Origin: Rubrivivax sp.
GTDB lineage: Bacteria; Pseudomonadota; Gammaproteobacteria; Burkholderiales; Burkholderiaceae_C
Direction: 5' to 3'
Assembly (NCBI GenBank): GCA_027491255.1
Contig: JAIXWM010000120.1
Location: 2,884-66,883, forward strand
DNA: 64,000 nucleotides
The translations under genes were made by a program, and so were the position numbers. The notes under the pieces were generated by a model, which did not search any database, was not told the DNA's origin, and saw only the letters and a program-made list of their open reading frames with translations. Shown here in pieces: positions 10,566 through 19,847 of this stretch (position 1 is its first letter; every line of letters begins with the position of its first letter).

Positions 10566-11120
10566 TCAACGGCGCTCCAGGTCCTCGAGTTCGGCGCGCA
10601 GTTCGTCCTCGACGGTCTCGGGTCCGAGCGTGCGCGTGATGTCGTCCCAGCGGCCTCGCGCCATCAGCGCCACAAGCCGCCACAACAGCACCAGCGCCGG
10701 CACGGTGAAGGCCAGCATCCCGACCAGCCACACCGCCTGCGGGTAGATCAGCGGCGTGGCCCAGGGAGTCTGCGCGATCGACTGGTAGGCCTGCGTCTCG
10801 AGCACGGTGCGCACGCCGAAGATGGCCAGGAACACGGCAAGCGCCGCGAGCCCGACCACGGCGGCCGCATCCAGCACGGCCCGCGCCCGTGCCCCCATGC
10901 CCTGGTACAGCAGGTTGATGCGGATGTGCGAGCGGTCGATCAGCGCCACCGCAAAGGCCAGCGGGGCCCCCACGGCGATCGCATAGCCCGACAGCTCGTC
11001 CACACCACCAAGCGACATCGAGAACAGCTTGCGTACCAGCGTCTCCACCGTGACTGCTGCCGACAGCAGCATCATCATCACGCCGAAGATCAGGCTGGCG
11101 GCTCGGGCGTAGCCTTGCAC
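10566..11120 (-). CDS. dctQ: TRAP transporter small permease
   Basis: GTG start; about 4 TM segments; GVDELSGY and RSHIRINLL motifs; lies between dctP and dctM. Confidence 0.9.
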   Translation of the reverse strand: MQGYARAASLIFGVMMMLLSAAVTVETLVRKLFSMSLGGVDELSGYAIAVGAPLAFAVALIDRSHIRINLLYQGMGARARAVLDAAAVVGLAALAVFLAIFGVRTVLETQAYQSIAQTPWATPLIYPQAVWLVGMLAFTVPALVLLWRLVALMARGRWDDITRTLGPETVEDELRAELEDLERR

Positions 11121-11144
11121 AGGGGGCTCCTTTCGGCGGAGTTG

Positions 11145-12170
11145 TCAGAGCCCGGCGCCGACGGTGGCCTTCCACTCGGCCTCGCAGCTCGGGTTGACGG
11201 CATTGCACTGGCGGGCCCAGACCGGCAGCGAGCGCTCGGTCAGCGCGTTCTTCACCGTGGCCAGGTCCGCCGGCGTGACCGGCACGGTCACCAGCTTGTA
11301 GGGCTTGCCCAGGGTGCAGGGGGTGGCGCCGGTGTTGCAGCGCATCGCGTCGTCATACAGCTCGGCCGAGTAGGCCCAGATGTCCTTGACCAGGCCATCG
11401 ACGGCGGTCTGCAGCTTCGCCTGGTCGGCCGGCGACATCTGGCGCCAGGTGTTCAGGTTGATGGCGTAGCCGTTGACGGCGAGCTGCAGCGCCAGCGGCA
11501 GCACCGTGGTGGCAGCCTCGGGCCAGCCGCCGGAGTTGGCCGAGGCCGGACCGGTGATCGCGCAGTCGACGACGCCGCGGGCCAGGGCCTGCTGCACCTC
11601 GCCGAAGGGCATGGGCACGCCGGTGGCGCCCAGGCCGGCGACGAAGTTGGCGCTGTTCTGGTCGCCCACGCGCACCTTCAGGCCCTTCAGGTCGGCCAGG
11701 CCCTTGATGCGCGGCTTGCAGAAGATCACCTGCGGGCCGGCCGGCCACACGCCCAGCAGCTTGGCGTTGAAGTTCGCCTGCAGGCGCTTGTCCACGGTGG
11801 CGAAGTAGGCGGTGGTGTTCTTGCGCCCGGCCTCGAAGCTGGGGTTCAGGCCGACGAGGTCGAAGCCGAGGATCGTGGGCTCGTCGCGGCTGACCTGCGG
11901 GCCGCGGATCGAGACGATGTTGAACAGGCCGGACTTCAGCACGCGCAGGCCGTCGGTGTCGGGGATGCCGGCCACGTCGACCGGGACATACTGGACGCTG
12001 ATGTTCAGGCCGGAGGACGCGGCCAGCTTCTCGAAGAAGGGCTGCTCCTTGTTCTTCTGGATCAGGCCCGAGCCCACGGGCTGGCCGAGCACCTTGAGCT
12101 GCAGCGGCTGGGCCTGCGTGGCGCCGAAAGCGAGCGCCGCGGCGGCAGCGCAGAGGAGGCGGATGGACAT
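11145..12170 (-). CDS. dctP: TRAP transporter substrate-binding protein
   Basis: ATG 12170 after AGGAA RBS; signal peptide MSIRLLCAAAAALAFGATQA; DLKGLKVRV, PMPFGEVQQALARGVVD. Confidence 0.93.
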   Translation of the reverse strand: MSIRLLCAAAAALAFGATQAQPLQLKVLGQPVGSGLIQKNKEQPFFEKLAASSGLNISVQYVPVDVAGIPDTDGLRVLKSGLFNIVSIRGPQVSRDEPTILGFDLVGLNPSFEAGRKNTTAYFATVDKRLQANFNAKLLGVWPAGPQVIFCKPRIKGLADLKGLKVRVGDQNSANFVAGLGATGVPMPFGEVQQALARGVVDCAITGPASANSGGWPEAATTVLPLALQLAVNGYAINLNTWRQMSPADQAKLQTAVDGLVKDIWAYSAELYDDAMRCNTGATPCTLGKPYKLVTVPVTPADLATVKNALTERSLPVWARQCNAVNPSCEAEWKATVGAGL

Positions 12171-12226
12171 GGCGGTTCCTTTCGTGGCGGGATGTCGCAC
12201 CCCGTGGCTTCGAGGCAGACCGACAG

Positions 12227-12274
12227 TGAAACGCAAGTTTCTTGCCAACTTGCATGAAACTATAGTTTCTTGCC
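12227..12274. promoter_or_regulatory. Tandem palindromic operator-like sites GAAAC-N4-GTTTC
   Basis: TGAAACGCAAGTTTCTTGCC (12227-12246) and TGAAACTATAGTTTCTTGCC (12255-12274), 28-bp period; adjacent RpiR regulator. Confidence 0.6.
12233..12248 (-). promoter_or_regulatory. Putative sigma54 (-24/-12) promoter for the dctPQM-racemase operon
   Basis: Minus strand reads TTGGCAAGAAACTTGC: GG-N10-GC with TGGCA and TTGC flanks, about 60 nt upstream of the dctP ATG. Confidence 0.65.
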
Positions 12275-12429
12275 GTGCGCTCTGCAAGCCGGTTTTTCCG
12301 CAGGCCCGTGGGCCTCGGGATGGTGCATCGATGCGCCGATAACGTGCGCCACGGCACACGGCCGGTGCGCCGTCCCGCCGGGCGCGGCACCCTCCGGCCT
12401 GGGCCCGGCGTCGCCCGCGCGGGTGCCTG

Positions 12430-13272
12430 TCAGAGCTCGTCCAGCGCCTCGTTCAGCGCCTCGATGCCGCGCAAGCGCGCGCGGCCGTCGGCGCCGGCCT
12501 TCTCGATGGCGCGCGTGGCCAGCAGGTGGCACACCGCGGTGACCGCGACATGGTTGAACAGCGGCCCCGGCGCCATCGAATGGCAGCGGAAGTGCCAGTG
12601 CGCGCCAGGCAGCGGCGTGACACCCTCGTCGGTGACGTAGAGCAACCGCGCGCCGCTGCGCAGCACCGCCTTCAGCAGGTTGTCCATCTGCGCGACGCGT
12701 CGGCGCAGGCCGAAGACGACGACCAGGTCGCGCGGCTCGACGCTGACCAGGTGCTCGCCCAGCGTCTGCCCGCCACCGGGGATGGCGACGATCTGCTCGA
12801 CCACTTGCGTGAGTTGCCACTGCAGGTAAGTGGCGAAGGCGTGGCTGCTGCGAAAACCGATGACCCAGACCTTGCGCGCGGCCAGCAGGGCGTCTGCCAC
12901 GGCGTCGATCTGCGCGTCGCTGATGGCCTGGAAGCTGGCCTCCAGGTTGGCCATGCCCTGCAGCACGTGGGCCTGCGCCGAGCGCACGCTCGTGGCGTCG
13001 GACGCGGAGGCCAGGAACAGACGCGAGCCGGTCTGCTTCTCGGCGCGGGCGTGGCGGCGCGCGGCCTCGTAGCTCTCGTAGCCCAGGCGCTTGACGAAGC
13101 GCGACACCGTGGCCTTGGACACCTGCGCCAGTTCGGCCAGTTCCGAGCCCGAGTAGCTCGCGAGCTCGCCAGGGAAGTCGCGCACGAACTCGCCCAGGCG
13201 GCGCTCGGCGGGGTGCAGCGTCGGCAGCGCCTCGCGGACGCGGGCAAGAAAGGGCTTTTCCTTCGGGGGCAT
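12430..13272 (-). CDS. MurR/RpiR family transcriptional regulator (HTH + SIS)
   Basis: LHPAERRLGEF, ELAELAQVSKATVSRFVKRLGYESY, ARKVWVIGFRSS. Confidence 0.93.
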   Translation of the reverse strand: MPPKEKPFLARVREALPTLHPAERRLGEFVRDFPGELASYSGSELAELAQVSKATVSRFVKRLGYESYEAARRHARAEKQTGSRLFLASASDATSVRSAQAHVLQGMANLEASFQAISDAQIDAVADALLAARKVWVIGFRSSHAFATYLQWQLTQVVEQIVAIPGGGQTLGEHLVSVEPRDLVVVFGLRRRVAQMDNLLKAVLRSGARLLYVTDEGVTPLPGAHWHFRCHSMAPGPLFNHVAVTAVCHLLATRAIEKAGADGRARLRGIEALNEALDEL

Positions 13273-13377
13273 CGGTGCGGGCTTGTCCGTGAGCGATGGG
13301 TCTGGGGATGGGCGCGCATGGTATGCCGACGCCGGGCGCGGCGCAGAGCGTCCCCCAGCGGCCTGACAATCCCTTGC

Positions 13378-14427
13378 ATGAGCATTGCTGCCCTGTTCGC
13401 CCCGCTCGACCTCGGGCACGGTCTGGTCCTGCCCAATCGGGTGCTGCTTGCGCCGTGCACGCGCAACCGCGCCAGCGCGGACCTGGGGCCGTCGGCGGGC
13501 GCTGCCGCCTACTACGCCGCGCGCGCCGACGCCGGCCTGCTCGTGACCGAGGCCGTGCTCGTCACCGCCCAGGCGCAGGGCTACCTCGACACGCCCGGCC
13601 TCTTCCTCGACGCCCATGTGCCGGCGTGGCGCCGTGTCTGCGACGCCGTGCACGCGCGTGGCGGGCGCATCTTCGCGCAGCTCTGGCACACCGGCCGGCT
13701 GGCCCACAGCCACTGGGCGCGCGCTCAGCCGGTGGCGCCCTCGGCGGTGCTGGACCCCATCCTGCGCCGGCAGGCTGGCGGCGTGGAGCTGTACAACGAG
13801 ATGCCGCGCGCTCTCGCCACCGAGGAGGTGCCGCAGGTCGTCGAGCTCTTCCGCGCCGCCGCGCGGCGGGCGCGTGAAGCCGGCTTCGACGGGGTCGAGG
13901 TCCACGGCGCGAACGGCTATCTGGTCGAGCAGTTCCTGCGCGCGCACACGAACCGACGTACCGACGCCTGGGGCGGCTCGGTCGAGGGCCGGCTGCGCTT
14001 CGCGCTCGAGGTCGTGCGGGCCTGCGTCGGGGTCTGGGGCCCCGGACGCGTGGGTCTTCGCCTGTCGCCGGCGGCCTACTTCGGCGAGATGCGCTGGACC
14101 CCGGGCGACAACGAGGTCTACGTCGAGCTGCTGCGCCGCGTGCGCGACCTCGCGCTGGCCTATGTGCACACCGGCGTCGTCGAAGACCGCGTCTACGAAG
14201 AGCTCGGCTGCACGTCGACGCAGTTCCTGCGCCGCCACTGGGGCGGCGTGCTCGTGGCCAACGGCGCCTACGTGCCCGCACGCGCGCAGCAGGCCGTGGC
14301 CTCCGGCGCCTGTGACCTCGTGTCCTTCGGCCGCAGCTTCATCGCCAACCCGGACCTCGTCGAGCGGCTGCGCCAGGGGCAGCCGCTGGTGGAATACCGG
14401 CCCGAGATGACGAAGGCGCTGCAGTGA
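13378..14427 (+). CDS. Old Yellow Enzyme family flavin oxidoreductase (NemA-like alkene reductase)
   Basis: NRVLLAPCTR, AQLWHTGR, GFDGVEVHGANGYL, NRRTDAWGGS, VSFGRSFIANPDL. Confidence 0.93.
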   Translation: MSIAALFAPLDLGHGLVLPNRVLLAPCTRNRASADLGPSAGAAAYYAARADAGLLVTEAVLVTAQAQGYLDTPGLFLDAHVPAWRRVCDAVHARGGRIFAQLWHTGRLAHSHWARAQPVAPSAVLDPILRRQAGGVELYNEMPRALATEEVPQVVELFRAAARRAREAGFDGVEVHGANGYLVEQFLRAHTNRRTDAWGGSVEGRLRFALEVVRACVGVWGPGRVGLRLSPAAYFGEMRWTPGDNEVYVELLRRVRDLALAYVHTGVVEDRVYEELGCTSTQFLRRHWGGVLVANGAYVPARAQQAVASGACDLVSFGRSFIANPDLVERLRQGQPLVEYRPEMTKALQ

Positions 14428-16100
14428 GCGAGCCGAGCACGCTGCCCGCCGCCGCGGGCCCCATCACGCGCCATGGCTGCCGTGTGAACGGGCGCTGGCT
14501 GCATTACCGGCGCCTGGGCGCAGGGCCGCCGGTGCTGCTGCTGCACCAGACCCCCCAGTCCTCGCAGACGCTGGAGCCGCTGATGCGCTTGCTGGCGCCG
14601 CACGCCACGGCCCTGGCGGTGGACACGCCGGGCTTCGGCCTGTCCGACCCGCTGCCCGGTGACGACTGGAGCATGGCCGAGCTGGCCGACACGATGGCGG
14701 GTTTCCTCGATGCGCTGGGCATCGACCAGGCGGCAGTGTGTGGCCAGCACACCGGCGCCTCGATCGGTGCCGAGCTTGCGCTGCGCCACCCGGGCCGCGT
14801 CAGCGCGCTCGCGCTCGACGGGCTGCCGCTGTTCACGCCCGAGGAGGCGGCGAGCATCCTGCCGCACCAGCTCTACCGCTTCCAGCCCCAGCCCGAGGGC
14901 ACGCACCTGATGTGGGCCTGGTCGCGTTTTCGCGATGGCTGGCTGTTCTTCCCCTGGTCGCAGCGCGACCGCGCGCACCGGCGTGCGCTCGACCTGCCGG
15001 GGCCGGCGCTGATCCATCGCATGCAGGTGATGGAACTGCTGCGCTCGCGCGAGAGCCACCTGCGCGTCTACCCCGGGGTCTTCGCCTGGCCGGGCGCGCA
15101 GGTCCTCGCCGCCTTGCCGCTGCCGCTGTGGACGGGCACGACGGCAGACGACCAGCTCTTCCCCCACCTGCAGCGCCTGCCGGCGCTGCCGGCGGGCTCG
15201 CGCGTGGAGCCGCTGCCGCTGGGTGCGCGCGCCCAGGTGCTGCAGGCGCAGGCGCGCTGGACGCTCGAGCGCCTGCCGGCAGGCAGCGCGCCGCCAGCCC
15301 CGCCGCCGCTGGCGCACTGGCGCGGCTGCGGCGGCCACGGCCGCGCCGTTGCCCAGGGCCTGTCGGTGCGCGGCCTGGGGCTGGACCGGACCGGGCCGGC
15401 ACGCGTCCTGTTGCACGGCGCGGGTGGCTCGGCGCGCTGCGAGATGGGGCGTTGGCAGGACGCCGTGAGCCCCGCCGACCCTGGTGGCCCGGTGTTTGCC
15501 GTCGATCTCCCCGGGCACGGGGATTCCGATGGCCCGGTGCTCGAGCCGGCCGCCGCAGCGCGCCAGCTTGCCGCGACTTTGGCCGCGCTGGGCGGGCATG
15601 AATTCGAGGTGCATGCGCGGGGGTACGGGGCGGCGGTGGCGGTCGAGTGGGCCTTGCAGGCGGCAGCGGCGGCCGGCCCCACACCCGCCCTGCCGTGCCG
15701 GCCACGGGCGCTGCACCTGTCGGAGCTGGTGGTGCGCAGCGCGGCCGAGCGCGCCGGCTGGCAAGCGCGCTACGCCACGCCCATCGAGCCGGCCTGGGAC
15801 GGCACCCACCTCGTGCGCCTGTGGCACGAGGTGCGCGACCGCGAACTCTTCCACCCCTGGTTCGAGCGCGGGCGCGCCCACATCCGCCCCGTGGAGCCGC
15901 GTCTGGATGCCGAGAGCCTGACCCAGGCCGTCTTTGCGGCCCTGTGCTGCGAAGACTGGGTGCTGGCGCACACGCTGTGGCTGGAATGGGACCCTGCAGG
16001 CCCGCGCGGCGTGGCCGCAGTCCGCGCCGCCGGCCTGCCCGTGCACCTGCACGCGGCACCGGACGATGGCTGGGCGCAGGGCCTGGAGCAGCTGCGGTAG
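14424..16100 (+). CDS. Protein with two alpha/beta-hydrolase-like domains
   Basis: GTGA overlap with the OYE stop; domain 1 PVLLLHQTP...DTPGFGLSD; domain 2 RVLLHGAGG...DLPGHGDSD. Confidence 0.8.
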   Translation: MSEPSTLPAAAGPITRHGCRVNGRWLHYRRLGAGPPVLLLHQTPQSSQTLEPLMRLLAPHATALAVDTPGFGLSDPLPGDDWSMAELADTMAGFLDALGIDQAAVCGQHTGASIGAELALRHPGRVSALALDGLPLFTPEEAASILPHQLYRFQPQPEGTHLMWAWSRFRDGWLFFPWSQRDRAHRRALDLPGPALIHRMQVMELLRSRESHLRVYPGVFAWPGAQVLAALPLPLWTGTTADDQLFPHLQRLPALPAGSRVEPLPLGARAQVLQAQARWTLERLPAGSAPPAPPPLAHWRGCGGHGRAVAQGLSVRGLGLDRTGPARVLLHGAGGSARCEMGRWQDAVSPADPGGPVFAVDLPGHGDSDGPVLEPAAAARQLAATLAALGGHEFEVHARGYGAAVAVEWALQAAAAAGPTPALPCRPRALHLSELVVRSAAERAGWQARYATPIEPAWDGTHLVRLWHEVRDRELFHPWFERGRAHIRPVEPRLDAESLTQAVFAALCCEDWVLAHTLWLEWDPAGPRGVAAVRAAGLPVHLHAAPDDGWAQGLEQLR

Positions 16101-16157
16101 GCGCCGGGGGCCGCAGGCGCCGGGCTGCAGGCCCGTGGACCGCCAGGCTGCACCCGC

Positions 16158-16931
16158 CTACAACTCCGGCGGCAGCGCAGCCAGCAGCTCGGCCGTGTAA
16201 GGGTGCTGCGGTGCCGACCAGACGGCGTCGGTGTCGCCGAGTTCGACGATGCGGCCGTGCTGCATCACGGCGATCCGGTCGGTCATGCAGCGCACCACCC
16301 GCAGGTCGTGCGAGATGAACAGCAGCGCAAGCCCGAGATCGCGCTGCAGGTCGCGCAGCAGGTTCAGGATCTGCGCCTGGATCGACACGTCGAGCGCCGA
16401 CACGGGCTCGTCGCACACCAGCAGCGCCGGTTCGACCGCGATCGCGCGCGCGATCGCCACGCGCTGCCGCTGCCCGCCCGAGAGCTCGTGCGGGTGGCGC
16501 TGCGCCACCTCCGCGGGCAGGCCGACGCGTTCGAGCAGCGCCGCCACGCGCGTCCCTGTCGCGGGCGCCGACGGCGGCGCATGCAGGCGCAGCGGCTCGG
16601 TCAGCTGAGCGCCGATGCGCTGGCGCGGGTGCAGCGAGCCGTAGGGATCCTGGAAGACCATCTGCACGGCACGCGCCAGTGTCCGCCGCGTGCGCGCGTC
16701 GCGCTGCGCCGGGTCCATGCCGCTGACGCGCACGGCGCCCTCGCGCGGGGCCAGCAAGCCGCAGGCCAGACGTGCCAGCGTGGACTTGCCGCATCCTGAC
16801 TCGCCCACCAGGCCGAGCGCGCCACCGCGCTCGAGATGCAGCGACACGCCGTCGACGGCCAGGCCGACGGCCGCGCCGCCGTAGGCATGGCGGACATCGC
16901 GTATCGACAGCGCGGGCGCCTGTTCAGCCAT
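16158..16931 (-). CDS. Peptide/opine ABC transporter ATP-binding subunit (OppF-like)
   Basis: GESGCGKST, LSGGQRQR, CDEPVSALD, ISHDL. Confidence 0.93.
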   Translation of the reverse strand: MAEQAPALSIRDVRHAYGGAAVGLAVDGVSLHLERGGALGLVGESGCGKSTLARLACGLLAPREGAVRVSGMDPAQRDARTRRTLARAVQMVFQDPYGSLHPRQRIGAQLTEPLRLHAPPSAPATGTRVAALLERVGLPAEVAQRHPHELSGGQRQRVAIARAIAVEPALLVCDEPVSALDVSIQAQILNLLRDLQRDLGLALLFISHDLRVVRCMTDRIAVMQHGRIVELGDTDAVWSAPQHPYTAELLAALPPEL

Positions 16932-17973
16932 CGGCGCCCTCGGTGGTCCTTCGCCGCAGGGTCGCGTCCTCCTTGTCCTGCAGCCAGCAGGCGCTCGCGC
17001 GGTCGGGGCCGGTGGGCGCGAGCGGCGGCAGTTCGGTGGTGCAGCGGGCTTCGGCATCGGCGCAGCGCGGCGCAAAGGGGCAGCCGCAGCGTCCCGGCGC
17101 CGGCGCCGCCACCGTGCCCGGGATCTCCTGCAGCCGCTGCGTGCGCGGCAGTCGTCCGCTCGGCCGGGCGCGCAGCAGGCCACGCGTGTAGGGGTGGCGC
17201 GGCGCGCGCAGCACCTCGGTGGCCTGGCCTTGCTCCATCAGGCGGCCGCCGTACATCACGAGCGCGTGGTCGGCGACCTGCTGCACCACGCCGAGGTCGT
17301 GCGTGATCAGCAGCAGTGCCAGCCCGCGCTCGCGCTGCAACTGCTGCAGCAGGCGCAGGATGCCGGCCTGGACGGTCACGTCCAGTGCCGTCGTGGGCTC
17401 GTCGGCGATCAGCAGCGCCGGATCGCAGGCCAGGGCCATCGCGATCATGACGCGCTGGCGCTGCCCGCCCGAGAGCTGGTGCGGGTGCTGGTCGACGCGG
17501 CGCTCGGGTTCGGGTATCTGCACCAGGCGCAGCAGTTCGACGGCGCGCTCGCGCGCCGCGGCGGGCGTCAGCGCCAGGTGGGTGCGCAGCGTCTCGACGA
17601 TCTGTGCGCCCACGCGCATCACCGGGTTCAGCGAGCTCATGGGCTCCTGGAAGATCATGCCGATGTGGCGGCCCTGCAGGCGGCGCCATGCCGCGGGTGC
17701 GAGCCCCCGCAGGTTCTGACTGTCGAAGCGCGCTTCGCCGGCCACCCAGCGCACGCCCAAGGGCAACAGCCCGGCGAGCGCGAGCGCCGTCAGCGACTTG
17801 CCGCTGCCGGACTCGCCCACCACAGCCAGCGTCTGGCCGCGCCGCAGGTCGAAGTCAAGGCCGTCGACGAGCGCGGCGCCATCGCCACGCTCCAGGCGCA
17901 GCCCGCGCACCTGCAGCAGCGGGGGCTCCTCGGTGCGGGGCAGGCGGGTGCCTGCAGCTGGGCTCGGGTTCAT
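16924..17973 (-). CDS. Peptide/opine ABC transporter ATP-binding subunit (OppD-like)
   Basis: GESGSGKS, LSGGQRQR, ADEPTTALD, HPYT, C-terminal CPFAPRC motif. Confidence 0.95.
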   Translation of the reverse strand: MNPSPAAGTRLPRTEEPPLLQVRGLRLERGDGAALVDGLDFDLRRGQTLAVVGESGSGKSLTALALAGLLPLGVRWVAGEARFDSQNLRGLAPAAWRRLQGRHIGMIFQEPMSSLNPVMRVGAQIVETLRTHLALTPAAARERAVELLRLVQIPEPERRVDQHPHQLSGGQRQRVMIAMALACDPALLIADEPTTALDVTVQAGILRLLQQLQRERGLALLLITHDLGVVQQVADHALVMYGGRLMEQGQATEVLRAPRHPYTRGLLRARPSGRLPRTQRLQEIPGTVAAPAPGRCGCPFAPRCADAEARCTTELPPLAPTGPDRASACWLQDKEDATLRRRTTEGADG

Positions 17974-18800
17974 CCTGGCAGGCGGGTGTTGAGCGCGTCG
18001 TTCAGCCCGTCGCCGACCAGGTTCAGCGCCAGCACGCTCAGCATGATGGCCAGGCCGGGGACGACGACCAGGTACCAGCCGGCGCGGAAGTCGGACCGCC
18101 CCATGCCGACCATCGTGCCCCAGGAAACGACGTTCGGGTCTCCCAGGCCGAGGAAGGCGAGACCTGACTCGATCAGGATGGCGCTCGCCACCATGATGGA
18201 CGCGCTGACGATCACCGGCGGCAGCGCGTTGGGCAGCATCTGCGTGAGGACGATCCGTGCCGGCGGCATGCCCATCAAACGCGCGGCGCTGACGAAATCG
18301 GCCTCGCGCAGGCGCAGGAACTCGGCGCGCACGAGCCGGGCCACGGTCGGCCAGGAGATGAGCGCGATCGCGCCGACGATCGAGCCCACCGAGGGCTTGA
18401 CGATGAGCACCACGACGATGGCCAGCAGGAAGGGGGGCACGGTCTGCACGGCGTCGGTCAGACGCATCAGCACGTCGTCGACCCAGCCGCCGCGGTAGCC
18501 GGCGACGGCGCCCACAAGGAGGCCTGCGCTCAGTGCCGCCGCCGTGGCCGCCGCACCGATCAGCAGCGACACGTACGCGCCGTGCAGCAGGCCGGCCAGC
18601 ATGTCGCGGCCGAGCGCGTCCGTGCCCAACGGGCGCTGCGGGTCGGTGCCGGGCCAGGTCATCGGCGCACCCACCGTCACCCAGGGGCCCTCGGGGTAGA
18701 GCAAAGGCCCGAGCAGCGCCATCGCGGCCACCAGCAAGAGCAACGCCGCTCCGGCCACGAACGAGGTCGAGCGGGCGAGGCGACGGCGCAGCGGCTGCAT
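17970..18800 (-). CDS. Peptide ABC transporter permease (OppC/DppC-like)
   Basis: PLGTDALGRD, EADFVSAARLMG, ESGLAFLGLG. Confidence 0.95.
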   Translation of the reverse strand: MQPLRRRLARSTSFVAGAALLLLVAAMALLGPLLYPEGPWVTVGAPMTWPGTDPQRPLGTDALGRDMLAGLLHGAYVSLLIGAAATAAALSAGLLVGAVAGYRGGWVDDVLMRLTDAVQTVPPFLLAIVVVLIVKPSVGSIVGAIALISWPTVARLVRAEFLRLREADFVSAARLMGMPPARIVLTQMLPNALPPVIVSASIMVASAILIESGLAFLGLGDPNVVSWGTMVGMGRSDFRAGWYLVVVPGLAIMLSVLALNLVGDGLNDALNTRLPG

Positions 18801-18811
18801 CTCGCGGAGCC

Positions 18812-19786
18812 TCAGCGCAGGCGTATGCGCGGGTCCAGCCGCGTGTACAGCAGGTCCACGGCGAGGCTGACGGCGAGCACCAGCACCGAGCTCAGCAGCA
18901 GCACGCCCATGACCAGCGGCACGTCGCGCCTGAAGACGGCCTCGAAGGCGAGGCGGCCGATGCCCGGCCAGCCGAAGATCGTCTCGACGATGACCGAGCC
19001 GCCGAGCAGAGAGCTCACCTGCAGCCCGGCCATCGTCACGATGGGCAGCAGCGCGTTGCGCCCCGCGTGGTGCCAGACCACGCGCCAGGGCGCCAGGCCC
19101 TTGCTGCGCGCCGTGCGCACGTGTTCCATGGGGAGCACCTCCAGCATGGCCGCGCGCATCAAGCGGGTGTAGATGGCCACGTAGAACAAGCCGAGCGTGG
19201 CCGTGGGCAGAACCAGGTGGCGTGCCAGGTCAGTTACCCGCAGCCAGGTCGGGCTGTCGTCGTACAGCGAGCTCATGCCCGACATCGGCAGCCACTGCAA
19301 CTGCACCGAGAACACCAGGATCAGCACGATGCCCACCAGGAAGCCGGGCGTCGCATAGAACAGCAGCGCCAGCACCGAGATCACGCCGTCGAGCCAGCGC
19401 CGAGCCTGCAGCGCCGCGGCCATGCCCAGGCCCACACCGAGCACCACCGCAAGGCCGATGGCGCTGAGCATCAGCAGCGCCGTGGCCGGCAGGCGCTCGG
19501 CGATGAGCTGCCACACGGGCGCGTCCATCGAGTGCGCGTGGCCCCAGTCCAGCGTGACCACGCGCTCCAGGTGCAGCAGCAGCTGCACCGGCAGGGGCTG
19601 GTCCAGACCGAGCTCGCGCCGCAACTGCGCGACGAAGGCCGGGTCCGAGGCTTGCGATTCGCCGGCGATGACATCGGCCACGTCACCCGGCGCCAGGTGC
19701 AGCAGCAGGAACTGCAGCACGATGACGATCCCCAGGACCGCAAGGGCCTGGGTGAGACGGCGCAGCACGTAGCGCAGGAGCGCCAT
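18812..19786 (-). CDS. Peptide ABC transporter permease (OppB/DppB-like)
   Basis: LGLDQPL, RLPAT, VRTARSKGL, VIVETIFGWPGIG. Confidence 0.95.
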   Translation of the reverse strand: MALLRYVLRRLTQALAVLGIVIVLQFLLLHLAPGDVADVIAGESQASDPAFVAQLRRELGLDQPLPVQLLLHLERVVTLDWGHAHSMDAPVWQLIAERLPATALLMLSAIGLAVVLGVGLGMAAALQARRWLDGVISVLALLFYATPGFLVGIVLILVFSVQLQWLPMSGMSSLYDDSPTWLRVTDLARHLVLPTATLGLFYVAIYTRLMRAAMLEVLPMEHVRTARSKGLAPWRVVWHHAGRNALLPIVTMAGLQVSSLLGGSVIVETIFGWPGIGRLAFEAVFRRDVPLVMGVLLLSSVLVLAVSLAVDLLYTRLDPRIRLR

Positions 19787-19847
19787 CAGGGCAGAAGAAA
19801 GGGCAGGGCGGCCGGGGCGTCAAGCCCTGAAAGCCAGGCTCAAGGGC

